Source: Shigella phage vB_SdyM_006
Reading direction: 5' to 3' (one strand)
Length of the DNA stretch: 64,000 bases
Sequence record: MK295204
Position 1 is the first letter of the stretch. Each line of letters opens with the position of its first letter. Below the pieces are notes generated by a model. The model was given only the letters and a program-made list of their open reading frames with translations. It ran no database searches and was not told the origin of the DNA. The translations under genes and the position numbers were made by a program. Below are positions 31,565-42,820 of the stretch, piece by piece.

Positions 31565-33562
31565 ATGGCATCGACATTACTTTCACCTGGAGTTGAATCT
31601 AGGGAAACTAGCGTACAATCTACGATTGTCAGAAACGCTACAGGAAGAGCGGCTCTTGCAGGTAAATTTGCATGGGGTCCAGCGTTCCAAGTTGTACAAA
31701 TTACAAATGAAGTAGAATTAGTTGACACTTTTGGTGGCCCTAATAATGATACAGCAGATTATTTTATTAGTGCTATGAACTTTTTACAGTACGGTAATGA
31801 TTTACGTGTTGTAAGGGCTGTTGACACAAAAAATGCTAAAAATGCTTCACCATTATTTGGACAAATTAAATCTAAAATCGTTTCAGGTGGTTCTAACTAC
31901 ACTGTAGGCGATAAAGTTGTTGTAAAATACAATAATAAAACTATTGAAGAAGACGGTATTGTTACACAAGTTGCTAGTGATACTAAAAAAATTGAGAAGA
32001 TTTTTATTCCATCAGCTAAAATTATTGCACATTCAAAAGCAATTGGCACATACCCACAATTAGGTGCAGGATGGACTGCCGAAGTTTCAAAAAGTACTTC
32101 TGGTGTTGCAGGTTCAATCACTTTAGATTCTATTATTGTTGATTCAGGTATTTTACTAACAGAATCTGATTCTGCAAATAGTATTATTACTTCTGAAGAA
32201 TATATGGAACAAATTAAAGCTTATTCATTACCTGCTATTGCAGCCGTATATCCGGGTGAACGAGGTTCTAATATTGAAGTAGAAATAGTCTCTAAAGAAT
32301 CTTATGAGAAAAATACGACTATAAATCAATACCCAGATGGTGGCGAAAAACAAACTTCCGGTCCTTTAGTATTCCAATATGGACCTCAAAATGAAGACCA
32401 GTATGGTATCATTGTTCGTGTTGACGGAATTATCCAAGAATCTATGATTCTTAGTGTTAAACGTGGCGATAAAGATGTGTATGGTTCTAACATTTTTATG
32501 GATGACTATTTCTCTAAAGGTTCTAGTAAATTCATTTATGCTAGTTCAATGAATTGGCCTAAAGGTTTTTCTGGATTTATTAAATTAGGTGGCGGTTTAT
32601 CATCAAATAAAACTGTTTCTGCTGGTGATTTAATGCAAGCTTGGGACCATTTTGCTGATCGTGAATCATTACATGTTAATTTGCTGATTGCTGGATCTTG
32701 TGCTGGTGAATCTGAAGAAATTGCATCAACTGTCCAAAAACATGTTATTTCTATTGCAGATGAACGTCAAGATTGTTTAGCTTTAATTTCTCCTCCAAGA
32801 GAGCTCCTGGTTAACGTTCCTTTGGCCAAAGCTGTTTCTAATATAACATCATGGAGAAAAGGTAGAAGTTCATCAGGCGAAGCCCTGGACAACAATATGA
32901 ATGTTAATAGTACATATTTTGAGATTGACGGCAACTATAAATATCAGTATGACAAGTACAATGATGTTAATAGATGGGTTCCATTAGCAGCAGATATTGC
33001 AGGATTATGTGCTAGAACAGATTCAGTTGCACAACCATGGGCTTCACCAGCTGGATATAATCGTGGTCAAATCATGAATTGTATTAAACTTGCTATTGAG
33101 CCAAGACAATCACATCGTGATGAACTATATCAATTAGGAATTAACCCTGTTGCAGGATTTGCAGGTGGTGATGGATTCATTTTATTCGGAGATAAAACTG
33201 GTGCATTAGCTCCAACTCCATTTGACCATATTAACGTTCGTAGACTGTTTAATATGCTTAAGAAAAATATTGGTGATTCCGCTAAATATAAATTATTCGA
33301 AATCAATGATGATTTTACTCGTAAATCGTTCAGAATGGAAGTTTCTCAGTATCTGGCTGGATTAAAATCACTTGGTGCAATGTATGATTTCCGTGTAGTT
33401 TGTGATACAACAAACAATACTCCTGCAGTTATCGATAGAGGAGAATTTGTAGCTTCTATCTATATTAAACCTGCACGTAGTATTAACTATATTACATTGA
33501 ACTTTATCGCTACAAATACTGGCGCTGATTTTGATGAATTAATTGGACCTCAACAACAGTAA
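31565..33562 (+). CDS. 18: tail sheath protein gp18
   Basis: 665 aa (T4 659 aa), MASTLLSPGVESRETS-type N-terminus, synteny. Confidence 0.8.
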   Translation: MASTLLSPGVESRETSVQSTIVRNATGRAALAGKFAWGPAFQVVQITNEVELVDTFGGPNNDTADYFISAMNFLQYGNDLRVVRAVDTKNAKNASPLFGQIKSKIVSGGSNYTVGDKVVVKYNNKTIEEDGIVTQVASDTKKIEKIFIPSAKIIAHSKAIGTYPQLGAGWTAEVSKSTSGVAGSITLDSIIVDSGILLTESDSANSIITSEEYMEQIKAYSLPAIAAVYPGERGSNIEVEIVSKESYEKNTTINQYPDGGEKQTSGPLVFQYGPQNEDQYGIIVRVDGIIQESMILSVKRGDKDVYGSNIFMDDYFSKGSSKFIYASSMNWPKGFSGFIKLGGGLSSNKTVSAGDLMQAWDHFADRESLHVNLLIAGSCAGESEEIASTVQKHVISIADERQDCLALISPPRELLVNVPLAKAVSNITSWRKGRSSSGEALDNNMNVNSTYFEIDGNYKYQYDKYNDVNRWVPLAADIAGLCARTDSVAQPWASPAGYNRGQIMNCIKLAIEPRQSHRDELYQLGINPVAGFAGGDGFILFGDKTGALAPTPFDHINVRRLFNMLKKNIGDSAKYKLFEINDDFTRKSFRMEVSQYLAGLKSLGAMYDFRVVCDTTNNTPAVIDRGEFVASIYIKPARSINYITLNFIATNTGADFDELIGPQQQ

Positions 33563-33564
33563 TA

Positions 33565-33585
33565 TAAGGCCGAAAGGCCTTTTAT
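33565..33585 (+). terminator. possible intrinsic terminator/attenuator (AGGCC-GAAA-GGCCT + TTTT)
   Basis: Hairpin directly after gp18 stop. Confidence 0.45.
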
Positions 33586-33599
33586 AAAAGGATTAAATA

Positions 33600-34091
33600 A
33601 TGAATCTTACAGATTTAACACGTGCCTTTGAATCAGGAGATTTCGCTCGTCCAAACTTGTTCGAGGTCGAAATTCCGTTTTTAGGTAATAATTTTAAACT
33701 TAAATGTAAAGCAGCAACTATGCCGCCAAGTGTGGTAGAAAAAATTCCTGTTGGGTACATGAACCGTAAACTAAATATTGCCGGTGACCGTACTTATGAT
33801 GACTGGACAATTACGGTTTATAATGATGATGCACACTCAACTCGTCAAAAAATCCTTGATTGGTCGCATTTAACACATGGCCGTGGTGACGAAATTTCTG
33901 GTGCTTCTCCTGCAGAATATAAGAAAACTGCTTTAATCCGTCAATTCCATCGTAATGGTAAAGATGTTACACACGAAGAGACAGTCCAAGGAATTTGGCC
34001 TACTAACGTTGGTGAAGTTCAATTAGATTGGGACTCAAATAACGAAGTTGAAACATTTGAAGTAACATTCTCTGTTGACTGGACCGAATAA
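33600..34091 (+). CDS. 19: tail tube protein gp19
   Basis: 163 aa, identical length to T4 gp19, synteny. Confidence 0.8.
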   Translation: MNLTDLTRAFESGDFARPNLFEVEIPFLGNNFKLKCKAATMPPSVVEKIPVGYMNRKLNIAGDRTYDDWTITVYNDDAHSTRQKILDWSHLTHGRGDEISGASPAEYKKTALIRQFHRNGKDVTHEETVQGIWPTNVGEVQLDWDSNNEVETFEVTFSVDWTE

Positions 34092-34120
34092 TAATGGGCC
34101 TACGGGCCCTTATTAATGGA

Positions 34121-34128
34121 TATAAATA
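34121..34128 (+). promoter_or_regulatory. T4-type late promoter TATAAATA (gene 20)
   Basis: Exact TATAAATA, followed by GGAG and the ATG at 34149. Confidence 0.55.
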
Positions 34129-34148
34129 TTAGTAACAATGGAGATATT

Positions 34149-35699
34149 ATGTTTGAAACTTTAAAAATGTTTAGCCCTTGGGCTAAAGAAGACCAATCAA
34201 CGTATAACCAAATAATTAATAATAACAATGATTCTATAACAGCTCCTAAATTTGATGATGGCGCTATAGAATATGAATCTGATTCATCTTCATATAATGT
34301 TTTAATGCAACAATTCTTCGGTTCTAATATAAGTCCAGAAGTTAAAAACACAACAGATTTAATTAAAACCTATCGGGCTTTAGTTAATATACATGAAGTT
34401 GATAATGCTGTTTCTGAAATAGTCAACGATGCTATAGTTTTTGATGACGACGAAGAAGTTGTATCAATAAATTTAGACAATACTTCATTTAGTGATTCTA
34501 TTAAAACTAAAATACAAGAAGAGTTTGATTCTGTTTTAAATATCTTAGATTTTAGACGAAGAGCCCAAGACCATTTTAGAAGATGGTATATAGATTCAAG
34601 GATTTATTTCCATAAAGTAATAGATGTTAATAACCCTAAAAAAGGGATAATGGAACTTAGACGATTAAATCCTTTTAATGTCCAATATGTCAGAGAAATT
34701 ATCACTGAAACAGAAAATAATGTAAAGGTTGTTAAAGGGTATAAAGAATCTTTTATCTATGATACTGGAAATGAAAGTTATACAATTGGCGGTAGAATAT
34801 ACGGTCCTAACACTAAAATATCTATCCCAAAATCTGCTATAGTTTATGCTCACTCTGGTTTAGTTGATGAATGCGGTAAAAATATTATCGGATATTTGCA
34901 TAGAGCTGTTAAACCGGCTAATCAATTAAAACTATTAGAAGATGCTATGGTCATTTATCGTATCACACGTTCTCCGGAACGAAGAGTGTTTTACATAGAT
35001 ACTGGTAACATGCCAAATAAAAAAGCAACACAACACATGAACAATATTATGAATGGGCTTAAAAACCGAGTTGTCTATGATGCAACTACAGGTAAAATTA
35101 AGAACCAACAACATAATATGGCTATGACTGAAGACTACTGGTTACAAAGACGTGACGGTAAAGCAGTTACTGATGTTACTTCTCTTCCTGGTGCAACAGG
35201 AATGAATGAAATAGAAGACGTCAGATGGTTTAATCAAAAATTATATGAAGCACTAAGAATTCCGTTATCTAGAATCCCTAATCCACAAGGTGGTGTTAAT
35301 TTTGGAATGGGCTCAGAAATAACTCGGGATGAGGTAAACTTTTTTAAATTTATCAAAATTCTTAGACATCAATTTGAGGCTATTCTTTCAGACCCACTTA
35401 AATCTAATTTAATCCTTAAAAAGATTATTACAGAAGAAGAATGGAACGAAGAGCGTAATAATATTAAAATCATTTTTAATAATGATTCATATTTTACTGA
35501 ACTTAAAGATGCCGAAATATTAGAACGTAGATTGAATATGCTTCAAATGGTAGAACCGTTTATCGGTAAATATTATTCTAATAGATCTGTTATGAAAGGT
35601 ATTCTTAAAATGACAGATGAACAAATAGAACAAGAATTTAAACAAATAGAACTAGAATCTAAAGATTCTAAATTTAATGATGAGCCCGAGGAATTTTAA
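34149..35699 (+). CDS. 20: portal vertex protein gp20
   Basis: Strong match to remembered T4 gp20 ([56 protein letters not shown]); start moved to ATG 34149 because the track start overlaps the late promoter. Confidence 0.9.
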   Translation: MFETLKMFSPWAKEDQSTYNQIINNNNDSITAPKFDDGAIEYESDSSSYNVLMQQFFGSNISPEVKNTTDLIKTYRALVNIHEVDNAVSEIVNDAIVFDDDEEVVSINLDNTSFSDSIKTKIQEEFDSVLNILDFRRRAQDHFRRWYIDSRIYFHKVIDVNNPKKGIMELRRLNPFNVQYVREIITETENNVKVVKGYKESFIYDTGNESYTIGGRIYGPNTKISIPKSAIVYAHSGLVDECGKNIIGYLHRAVKPANQLKLLEDAMVIYRITRSPERRVFYIDTGNMPNKKATQHMNNIMNGLKNRVVYDATTGKIKNQQHNMAMTEDYWLQRRDGKAVTDVTSLPGATGMNEIEDVRWFNQKLYEALRIPLSRIPNPQGGVNFGMGSEITRDEVNFFKFIKILRHQFEAILSDPLKSNLILKKIITEEEWNEERNNIKIIFNNDSYFTELKDAEILERRLNMLQMVEPFIGKYYSNRSVMKGILKMTDEQIEQEFKQIELESKDSKFNDEPEEF

Positions 35700-35927
35700 A
35701 TGGAAGACATAATTGTAGCAATTAAAAATAAAGACCTTGTAGAGGTTAAAAAACTTTTCAGTGAAGCAATGAAAGAGCGAACACTAGGTCTAATCGAAGC
35801 CGAAAAATTAAAAATCTGTCAAAATATTTTTGTCGAAGGCGAAGAATCTGACAAAGACGATTCAGATGACAAAGAAAAAGACGTTAAAGATACTAAAAAA
35901 GATAAAGATGACAAAGATGCCGAATAA
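35700..35927 (+). CDS. 67: prohead core protein gp67-like (small acidic)
   Basis: 75 aa, highly acidic C-terminus, position after gene 20. Confidence 0.6.
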   Translation: MEDIIVAIKNKDLVEVKKLFSEAMKERTLGLIEAEKLKICQNIFVEGEESDKDDSDDKEKDVKDTKKDKDDKDAE

Positions 35928-35938
35928 GGAGAATTCTT

Positions 35939-36361
35939 ATGATTATTGTAGAAGATGATTTCGACATCACATTAGAAAACATAGAATCTTTTTCTGAAGA
36001 AGCAAGTAAACAATTCGACCTTATAAAAGCGTTAGAAAAAACCGATATAAATAGAATTATAGAGAACATTGCTTCTAGTGGTGATTTTGGTACTGCGATT
36101 TGTATGGGCTCATTAAACGAAAATATGCCTTTAAACGAGTATATTGTTAAACATGTTTCTTCACGCGGTGAAGTTACAAGAACTAAAGATAGAAAAACTC
36201 GTGAACGAAATGCGTTTAAAACAACTGGTTTAAGTAAATCTAAACGTAGACAAATTGCAAGAAGAGCCGTAAAAACTAAACGCGCTAATCCTTCTATCCA
36301 AACACGTGCTCAAAGAAAACGTAAAAAAGCGATGAAGAGAAGAGAGGCCTTAGGGTTATGA
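35939..36361 (+). CDS. 68: prohead core protein gp68-like
   Basis: 140 aa (T4 141 aa), basic C-terminus, synteny. Confidence 0.6.
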   Translation: MIIVEDDFDITLENIESFSEEASKQFDLIKALEKTDINRIIENIASSGDFGTAICMGSLNENMPLNEYIVKHVSSRGEVTRTKDRKTRERNAFKTTGLSKSKRRQIARRAVKTKRANPSIQTRAQRKRKKAMKRREALGL

Positions 36362-36984
36362 GTGAAATACTTTTAATCGAAGACTGGGGATTACCAGGTG
36401 AAACCTTAAACGGAACACCCTTAATTGAATCTTCAGAATCAGACGGCGCTCTTTATATTGAAGGTATTTTTATGCAGGCTGAAGTCGTTAATAGAAATAA
36501 ACGACTTTATCCTAAAAAAATCCTAGAACAAGCCGTAAGTAAGTACATAAAAGAACAAGTTAATTCTAAACAGGCTTTAGGCGAATTAAACCACCCACCA
36601 AGAGCTTCAGTTGATCCGATGCAAGCAGCGATTTTAATAGAAAAATTGTGGTGGGAAGGCAATAACGTGTATGGGAGAGCTAGAGTCATTGAAGGCGATT
36701 ACGGCCCAGGCGATAAGCTTGCTGCTAATATACGAGCTGGATGGATTCCAGGTGTAAGTTCTCGTGGCCTTGGTTCTTTAAAATCTTCTGGTAAAGGATA
36801 TAACGTTGTTCAAGAAGGTTATAGATTAACAGTAGGTGTAGACGTTGTATGGGGTCCTTCAGCACCAGATGCTATGGTTACTCCAAAAAGAATTCAGGAA
36901 TCTGTAGATATTCCTAAAAATATGGAAAATAGTGCTGACAAGGCATTTTCTTTATTATCACAGCGCTTAAAACAAGCGTTATAA
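36358..36984 (+). CDS. 21: prohead core protease gp21
   Basis: 208 aa (T4 212 aa), synteny between 68 and 22. Confidence 0.75.
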   Translation: MSEILLIEDWGLPGETLNGTPLIESSESDGALYIEGIFMQAEVVNRNKRLYPKKILEQAVSKYIKEQVNSKQALGELNHPPRASVDPMQAAILIEKLWWEGNNVYGRARVIEGDYGPGDKLAANIRAGWIPGVSSRGLGSLKSSGKGYNVVQEGYRLTVGVDVVWGPSAPDAMVTPKRIQESVDIPKNMENSADKAFSLLSQRLKQAL

Positions 36985-36987
36985 ATA
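36980..36987 (+). promoter_or_regulatory. T4-type late promoter TATAAATA (gene 22)
   Basis: Exact TATAAATA 30 nt upstream of gene 22 ATG. Confidence 0.55.
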
Positions 36988-37016
36988 ATTATGTAATTTA
37001 ACAACAGGACTTAAAA

Positions 37017-37811
37017 ATGCTTAAAGAATTCTTAATTGAAGAAGCACAGAAAATCAATGATGTTTCTGTAGCTCTAGATGGCATTTTCGAATCAGTTGAA
37101 TTGTCTGATGATGTAAAAGCCCAATTCAGCACTGTTTTCGAAAACGCAGTAAAAACTAATGCTATCAAATTAGCAGAAACCCATATCAATGACTTAACTG
37201 AAAAAGCTGATCAAAAAGAACTAGAGATTAAAGAATCTGTTCAAGCTGCTATAGAAACAGAAATGACCGAAAACATTTCTAAATTTATGGACCATGTATC
37301 AGAACAGTGGTTAGAAGAAAATAAATTAGCTGTGACTAATGGTATTAAAGCCGATTTATTTGAATCTATGTTCCAAAGTATTAAAACCGTAGTTATTGAC
37401 CATAATGTTATTCTTCCTGAAGAATCTGTGGATGTAGTCAAAGAAATGGAAGAAGAACTGGAAGAAAGTAAATCTGAAGTTGCTTCATTATTCGATAAAA
37501 CTGTATCTTTGCAAGAAAAAGTAAACACTCTTGAAAAAGAAAAAATTATCAAAGAAGAAACTCAAAATTTGACTGAATCACAAAAAGAAAAAGTTGCTTC
37601 TTTAATTGAAGGACTTGCTTATGGTGATAAGTTCAAAGATAATTTAGAAGCTATTGTTTCTATGGTGTCTAAAACTAATGAAGAAAAAGCACCTATTTCT
37701 GAAGCTATAAATACTACTGATGAGAGCGGTATCAACTATACCCCAGAAAATCCTGTCGTAAAAAACGACCCAATGAGTGTTTATACAGCTGCGGCTAAAA
37801 AAATCAATTAA
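37017..37811 (+). CDS. 22: prohead core scaffold protein gp22
   Basis: 264 aa, acidic coiled-coil (T4 269 aa), synteny. Confidence 0.75.
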   Translation: MLKEFLIEEAQKINDVSVALDGIFESVELSDDVKAQFSTVFENAVKTNAIKLAETHINDLTEKADQKELEIKESVQAAIETEMTENISKFMDHVSEQWLEENKLAVTNGIKADLFESMFQSIKTVVIDHNVILPEESVDVVKEMEEELEESKSEVASLFDKTVSLQEKVNTLEKEKIIKEETQNLTESQKEKVASLIEGLAYGDKFKDNLEAIVSMVSKTNEEKAPISEAINTTDESGINYTPENPVVKNDPMSVYTAAAKKIN

Positions 37812-37831
37812 TTTAATTTAAAGGTATTAAA

Positions 37832-39382
37832 ATGGAAATCAAAAATAAAGATGCATTAATCGAAAAATGGGGTGGTTTTATGAGCAACCCTGATCTTGGA
37901 GTTATCGAAGGTTCTACCAAACAAGCTATTATGGCTAAAATCTTAGAAAACCAAGAAATGGATATTCAAAAATCTCCAGAATATCGTGACGAAAAAATTG
38001 CTGAAGCTTTTGGTGATTTTTTAACTGAAGCCGAAGTTGGTGGTGACCATGGTTATGACGCTAGCAATATTGCTATGGGTAAAACAAGTGGTGCTGTAAC
38101 TCAAATTGGGCCTGCTGTAATGGGTATGGTTCGTCGTTCATTCCCTAATATGATCGGGTTTGATATCGCTGGTGTTCAGCCAATGAATGGACCAACTGGT
38201 CAGTACTTCTCATTACGTTCTATTTACGGTGAAGATCCACTGGCTAAAGATGCTAAAGAAGCATTCCATCCTATGTTTGCACCAGATGCAATGTACGGTG
38301 GTCGTGGTTCTCACGAAGTATTCGAAAAAATCGAAGCTTCAAAATCATTAACCGAAGGTAAAGTTTACACATTTGAATTTGCCGAAACTGGTACTGCACA
38401 TTTACAAGCTGTAGAAGCTGTTACTATTGCAGGTACAGATGTAGAAGTAGATGTTCTTAAGAATATTGAAGCTGGTAAATTAGTAGAAATCGCAGAAGCA
38501 ATGGCAACAAGTATTGCGGAACTGCAACAAAGCTTTAATAAGTCTAAAGACAATCCATGGGATGAAATGACTTTCCGTATCGACAAACAAGTTGTTGAAG
38601 CGAAATCAAAACAACTTAAAGCAAGTTATTCTATCGAACTGGCACAAGATTTACGTGCAGTACATGGTATGGATGCTGATGCTGAGTTGAGTTCTATCCT
38701 GGCTACAGAAATTCTGTTAGAAATGAACCGTGAATTAGTTAACTGGATTAACTATACTGCTCAACCTGGTAAAACTGGTATGACATTAACCATGGGTTCA
38801 AAAGCAGGTGTATTTGACTTCCAAGACCCAATCGATACACGTGGTGCAAGATGGGCTGGTGAAAGCTTCAAATCTCTGTTATACCAAATCGATAAAGAAG
38901 CTGCAGAAATTGCACGTCAAACTGGTCGTGGTGCTGGTAACTTCTTGATTGCTTCACGTAACGTTGTTAATATCTTAGCTTCTGTTGATGTTAACGTTAC
39001 TCCAGCTGCTCAAGGTTTAGCACGTGGTCTGAATACAGATACAACTAAAGCAGTATTTGCCGGTGTTCTTGGTGGTAAATACAAAGTTTATATTGACCAA
39101 TACGCTCGTCAAGATTACTTCACTGTTGGTTATAAAGGTGCTAACGAAATGGATGCAGGTATCTACTACTGTCCATACGTTGCATTAACACCATTACGTG
39201 GTAGCGATCCTAAGAACTTCCAACCAGTAATGGGCTTCAAAACTCGTTACGGTATTGGTATTAACCCATTTGCTGATTCTCGTTCACAAGCTCCAACAGA
39301 CAGAATCACTTCTGGTATGCCTTCTTTAGATTCAATCGGTAAGAATGCTTACTTCCGCCGTGTGTGGGTTAAAGGTGCATAA
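37832..39382 (+). CDS. 23: major capsid protein gp23
   Basis: Very strong match to remembered T4 gp23 (GGDHGY.A.NIA.G.TSGAVTQIGPAVMGMVRR, KNAYFRRV.VKG); 516 aa. Confidence 0.95.
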   Translation: MEIKNKDALIEKWGGFMSNPDLGVIEGSTKQAIMAKILENQEMDIQKSPEYRDEKIAEAFGDFLTEAEVGGDHGYDASNIAMGKTSGAVTQIGPAVMGMVRRSFPNMIGFDIAGVQPMNGPTGQYFSLRSIYGEDPLAKDAKEAFHPMFAPDAMYGGRGSHEVFEKIEASKSLTEGKVYTFEFAETGTAHLQAVEAVTIAGTDVEVDVLKNIEAGKLVEIAEAMATSIAELQQSFNKSKDNPWDEMTFRIDKQVVEAKSKQLKASYSIELAQDLRAVHGMDADAELSSILATEILLEMNRELVNWINYTAQPGKTGMTLTMGSKAGVFDFQDPIDTRGARWAGESFKSLLYQIDKEAAEIARQTGRGAGNFLIASRNVVNILASVDVNVTPAAQGLARGLNTDTTKAVFAGVLGGKYKVYIDQYARQDYFTVGYKGANEMDAGIYYCPYVALTPLRGSDPKNFQPVMGFKTRYGIGINPFADSRSQAPTDRITSGMPSLDSIGKNAYFRRVWVKGA

Positions 39383-39393
39383 TCTTTAAGTTT

Positions 39394-39420
39394 AAAGCCC
39401 GGGAAACCGGGCTATTTTAT
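39394..39420 (+). terminator. intrinsic terminator (AGCCCGG-GAAA-CCGGGCT + T-run)
   Basis: Strong GC hairpin and TATTTTATT directly after gp23 stop. Confidence 0.65.
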
Positions 39421-39500
39421 TAATATTTTATCGTAAAGTATTAATAAAATATTTTAAACTCTAACAACTAAAAAGATTTATACTTTAAGAGAGAAATAAA

Positions 39501-40751
39501 ATGACCAATAAGATTCAAAAATTATTGCGCGAATCAAGTACAACAGCCAGTTCATCTAATGGACGTCCTGATCTTGTTGGGTTAACACGCGCAACACATG
39601 ATTTAATTTTTACAGATTTAATTGCAATACAGAATACAAATCAGCCAGAAGCGACTCTTTATGGTGTCAAATATTTAAATGACAATAAAGATATGAGTTT
39701 TATGACACCAGCTACATATTCTGGTGCTATAAAATCAAGAGAAAATATCGAAGAACTTGACCCATCTAAATCATATTCTAAAGATGATATGTTTAAATTT
39801 GAAGAAGTGGTTTATAAAGTCGTTAAAGATAATCCATTTACAGATTTGACGTCATTACCAAAAAATGAAGCTTTAGGCCAAGCAATTATAGATGGTTCTA
39901 TTAGATTTATGTCTGAAGCGGCATTAACTGGGCATTTTGAAAAGAAAGACGTAGAAATAGCAGAAGCTTCTGTCAGATTAGATCGTTGGAATATTCCTGT
40001 AAGAACAAGAAAAATTAAAACAGAGCTCACAGTTGAATTTGCTCAAGACTTAAATTCAAACCAGTTTGAAGCAGGTGCCGTAATTGATGACATGTTAGCT
40101 ACTATTTTAGCTGAAGATGTTAATAAAGACGTTATCCAAAAAATTATGACTGTTTCTAGTCGATATAAGGTTAAAGGAATTTCTGATAAAGGAATGTTAG
40201 ATTTAACCAAAACGGATGTTGCTCCTGAACAAGGACGTACTTTATATCGTTATATTTGTGAAATGAATGCGTCTATCGAAAGAAATACAACTTATGATGG
40301 GACATATGTTTTAGCTAGTTCAAGATGTGCTGCTATTTTGTCTGCATCAGGTTGGATGGATATTAATCCTGATTATCCTTTAGCCGCTGGCACACTTAAA
40401 AATGGCTTACCTGTTTATTCTGACCCTTGGTCTCCTGTTGACTATGTAGTTGTAGGAACTAAACAAAACCTTGGTGAGCTAGAACATGTAGGTTCTTTAT
40501 TCTATGCACCTTATATTGATTTTGATGGCGCAGGTGCTTATAAATTAGTTGTCGATCCAGATAGTTTACAACCTAAACTTGCTTTAATGGTCCGATATGG
40601 GTTATCAATTAATCCATATACAGTCATTGAAGTAGACGAAACACCTCAAAAAGAATCTATGTTAGTTCAAGGTGATGATTGGGACAATTTAGTTGGTAAG
40701 TCTAAAATGTCATATATTTTAGGTGTTCAATTACCTAAACTTATAGAATAA
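39501..40751 (+). CDS. 24: capsid vertex protein gp24
   Basis: 416 aa (T4 427 aa), gp23-like fold signatures, synteny. Confidence 0.8.
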   Translation: MTNKIQKLLRESSTTASSSNGRPDLVGLTRATHDLIFTDLIAIQNTNQPEATLYGVKYLNDNKDMSFMTPATYSGAIKSRENIEELDPSKSYSKDDMFKFEEVVYKVVKDNPFTDLTSLPKNEALGQAIIDGSIRFMSEAALTGHFEKKDVEIAEASVRLDRWNIPVRTRKIKTELTVEFAQDLNSNQFEAGAVIDDMLATILAEDVNKDVIQKIMTVSSRYKVKGISDKGMLDLTKTDVAPEQGRTLYRYICEMNASIERNTTYDGTYVLASSRCAAILSASGWMDINPDYPLAAGTLKNGLPVYSDPWSPVDYVVVGTKQNLGELEHVGSLFYAPYIDFDGAGAYKLVVDPDSLQPKLALMVRYGLSINPYTVIEVDETPQKESMLVQGDDWDNLVGKSKMSYILGVQLPKLIE

Positions 40752-40784
40752 TTTATTTAATTTCCGGTAATTTATTACCTTTTT

Positions 40785-40810
40785 TGGGAACTTCGGTTCC
40801 CTTTTTATTA
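40785..40810 (+). terminator. intrinsic terminator (GGGAAC-TTCG-GTTCCC + TTTTT)
   Basis: Hairpin plus T-run after gp24. Confidence 0.6.
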
Positions 40811-41371
40811 GAAAAAATCATCTAATGTAAACTCTTTATATCCTATCATTTCTTTGAATTCGCACATCACTATTGGGTTATATAAATTATAAGTCTTTAT
40901 CCCTAAATAACGTGCTAGATAAACAGCTGTTCTTGTCCCTCCAGAAACATTCCCATATTTATCCTCAGGTGCCCAAAATATAACTGAATCAACAGGATTT
41001 TCTAAAGTAGGTGTTAATATTTGCATACAATTTCTACATTGAAGATGTTTAACAGTTTTAGAAACACTGTCTAATTTAGGATAAAATCTTCTTATAATAT
41101 TAGCGGCTTTTTCTTGGATTTCGTCATTAAAGTCTGTAAATATATGAACACCATTCCCAGAATAGTGATTATTGAACCCCTGGTGAGGAATAATAACACA
41201 TTTATTTTCAGATGAGTATTTCTTCATAAACAAATAATCACTCCCAGGCGCTCCTCCTGATGTTCCTAGCACTCCTAAATTAGAAATATATTCTCCACCA
41301 CTTATTAAAATATTAGATAAACGACTTGGTATTTTTCTTGACCCTATTAAAGCTACAGAATTTTTAACCAT
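40808..41371 (-). CDS. Rossmann-fold protein, possibly DprA/LOG/SLOG-like
   Basis: Weak motif resemblance (ALIGSRK...; GTSGGAPGSD; VSGGTRTAV); unverified. Confidence 0.35.
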   Translation of the reverse strand: MVKNSVALIGSRKIPSRLSNILISGGEYISNLGVLGTSGGAPGSDYLFMKKYSSENKCVIIPHQGFNNHYSGNGVHIFTDFNDEIQEKAANIIRRFYPKLDSVSKTVKHLQCRNCMQILTPTLENPVDSVIFWAPEDKYGNVSGGTRTAVYLARYLGIKTYNLYNPIVMCEFKEMIGYKEFTLDDFF

Positions 41372-41383
41372 GCTAACCTCAAA

Positions 41384-41404
41384 AAGGACCCGAAGGTCCT
41401 TTAA
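41384..41404 (-). terminator. intrinsic terminator on minus strand (GGACC-CGAA-GGTCC; T-run on minus)
   Basis: Hairpin followed by TTTTTGAG on minus strand. Confidence 0.5.
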
Positions 41405-41405
41405 T

Positions 41406-41561
41406 TTATTGTAAAGCTAAAATTAAACCCACAATAATAAACCATAACACAAACCCAATCCATAATGGTGATAACACCCATAGCCAAGACCAAGCAATGA
41501 CACCAACTAGTTTTAAAACAATAAACACAATACCTAGTACACCCAAAAATCCAATTTTCAT
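41406..41561 (-). CDS. small hydrophobic membrane protein (51 aa)
   Basis: Untracked ORF MKIGFLGVLGIVFIVLKLVGVIAWSWLWVLSPLWIGFVLWFIIVGLILALQ; followed by a terminator. Confidence 0.3.
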   Translation of the reverse strand: MKIGFLGVLGIVFIVLKLVGVIAWSWLWVLSPLWIGFVLWFIIVGLILALQ

Positions 41562-41562
41562 A

Positions 41563-41808
41563 TTACCAACCTGTTATTTGTATTATATTAGAATCAAATT
41601 GGGTTCTTTTAACAGTTAACCCTTCGTTTTGTAATTTTGTAATAACTTTCTCTTGGACTCGGTATGAGATTTCACCTAGAGTCCAAGTTAAACTATCATA
41701 CCCATGTTTAGATTTAAGCATTAATCGCTTTGCAATATCATTAAACACCTGTTTAGATTCAAGCTCAACTAAGCTATCTTTAGAATCTTTTAATTTATCA
41801 ATAAACAT
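41563..41808 (-). CDS. hypothetical protein
   Basis: ORF in track. Confidence 0.45.
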   Translation of the reverse strand: MFIDKLKDSKDSLVELESKQVFNDIAKRLMLKSKHGYDSLTWTLGEISYRVQEKVITKLQNEGLTVKRTQFDSNIIQITGW

Positions 41809-41815
41809 AATAAAC

Positions 41816-42820
41816 CTATTTTGTAATTAAATTGACCCAATCTTTTCGAATGAATTCTTGTATTTCTTTTTGAATAGATTTCTTGATTAATGCTGGGTCA
41901 TCGTAATCAAGAATATCATGCCCGTCTTTTAACATATCTTTTAAAACATCCTGCATCATTAGACCTTGAACTTTGCCAAAATCTTTTGAAGATATTTCGC
42001 CAACATGGCTAATCACATTAGATAAACGTTGTGCAGTGATATATGATGTAGAAAAATTAACCAGTTCTTGGTCGTCATTTGATAATTCTGGTGTAGGTCT
42101 AATTGTTTTTACTTTACCAGTTTCTTTGAACTTAGCATTTTTACATTTAAAAATTACACGGCTTTTATTATTGAACTGTGTTGGAGTAATAGGTTTAAGA
42201 ACATAACCTTCTGCAATATTTTCTGAACCTTCTTTTTGAGGACCAAATACGTGGGCATTTGCAGCCGGAATACCATGTTCTTTTACTATTGCATTAAATT
42301 CTGGGATTAAAGAATCAAATGAACGCTCTAAATTACTTAATTCATCAAAGTCACCAGTTAAAATAACAGGGCAGATTTTAAGATTTGTTTTAGAAGATAA
42401 CATTCTTAAAAATAAAGCATCTACTAAATCACCATTAATTAAAATATCAAATACCCAGAAATCTTTTTCTTCGTAATCTACTTCTCGTTGAATACCAGGG
42501 CCTGCATATTCGCCAAAGACTGTTAAAAGTTCTAAGTCAGGCATTGATTCTTTAACAGTATTAAACATGTCAAGAATGTTTTGTTTATAACGCTTTAAGA
42601 TTAATTCGTATCCAAAAAATGCTTCAGATTCACCAATAAGATTAGTTCGTTTTGCACAAACAACATCTACACCATCACAAATAAAACTAAAATTAGTCCC
42701 ATGTATTTTTTCTTGGGCAATCCAAGGAATACCTGGTGCTGTTTTTCCTTCAAAAAAGGCCTTTTCTACTAATTTAGTGTTATCAATATTTTCAATAGAA
42801 TCATATTTAATAAATTGCAT
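41816..42820 (-). CDS. rnlB: RNA ligase 2 (RnlB)
   Basis: 334 aa, identical length to T4 Rnl2; adenylation motif KIHGTNFS; further blocks match remembered T4 Rnl2 (FGE.AGPGIQ, EGYVLKP, DFGKV.GL..QD). Confidence 0.9.
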   Translation of the reverse strand: MQFIKYDSIENIDNTKLVEKAFFEGKTAPGIPWIAQEKIHGTNFSFICDGVDVVCAKRTNLIGESEAFFGYELILKRYKQNILDMFNTVKESMPDLELLTVFGEYAGPGIQREVDYEEKDFWVFDILINGDLVDALFLRMLSSKTNLKICPVILTGDFDELSNLERSFDSLIPEFNAIVKEHGIPAANAHVFGPQKEGSENIAEGYVLKPITPTQFNNKSRVIFKCKNAKFKETGKVKTIRPTPELSNDDQELVNFSTSYITAQRLSNVISHVGEISSKDFGKVQGLMMQDVLKDMLKDGHDILDYDDPALIKKSIQKEIQEFIRKDWVNLITK

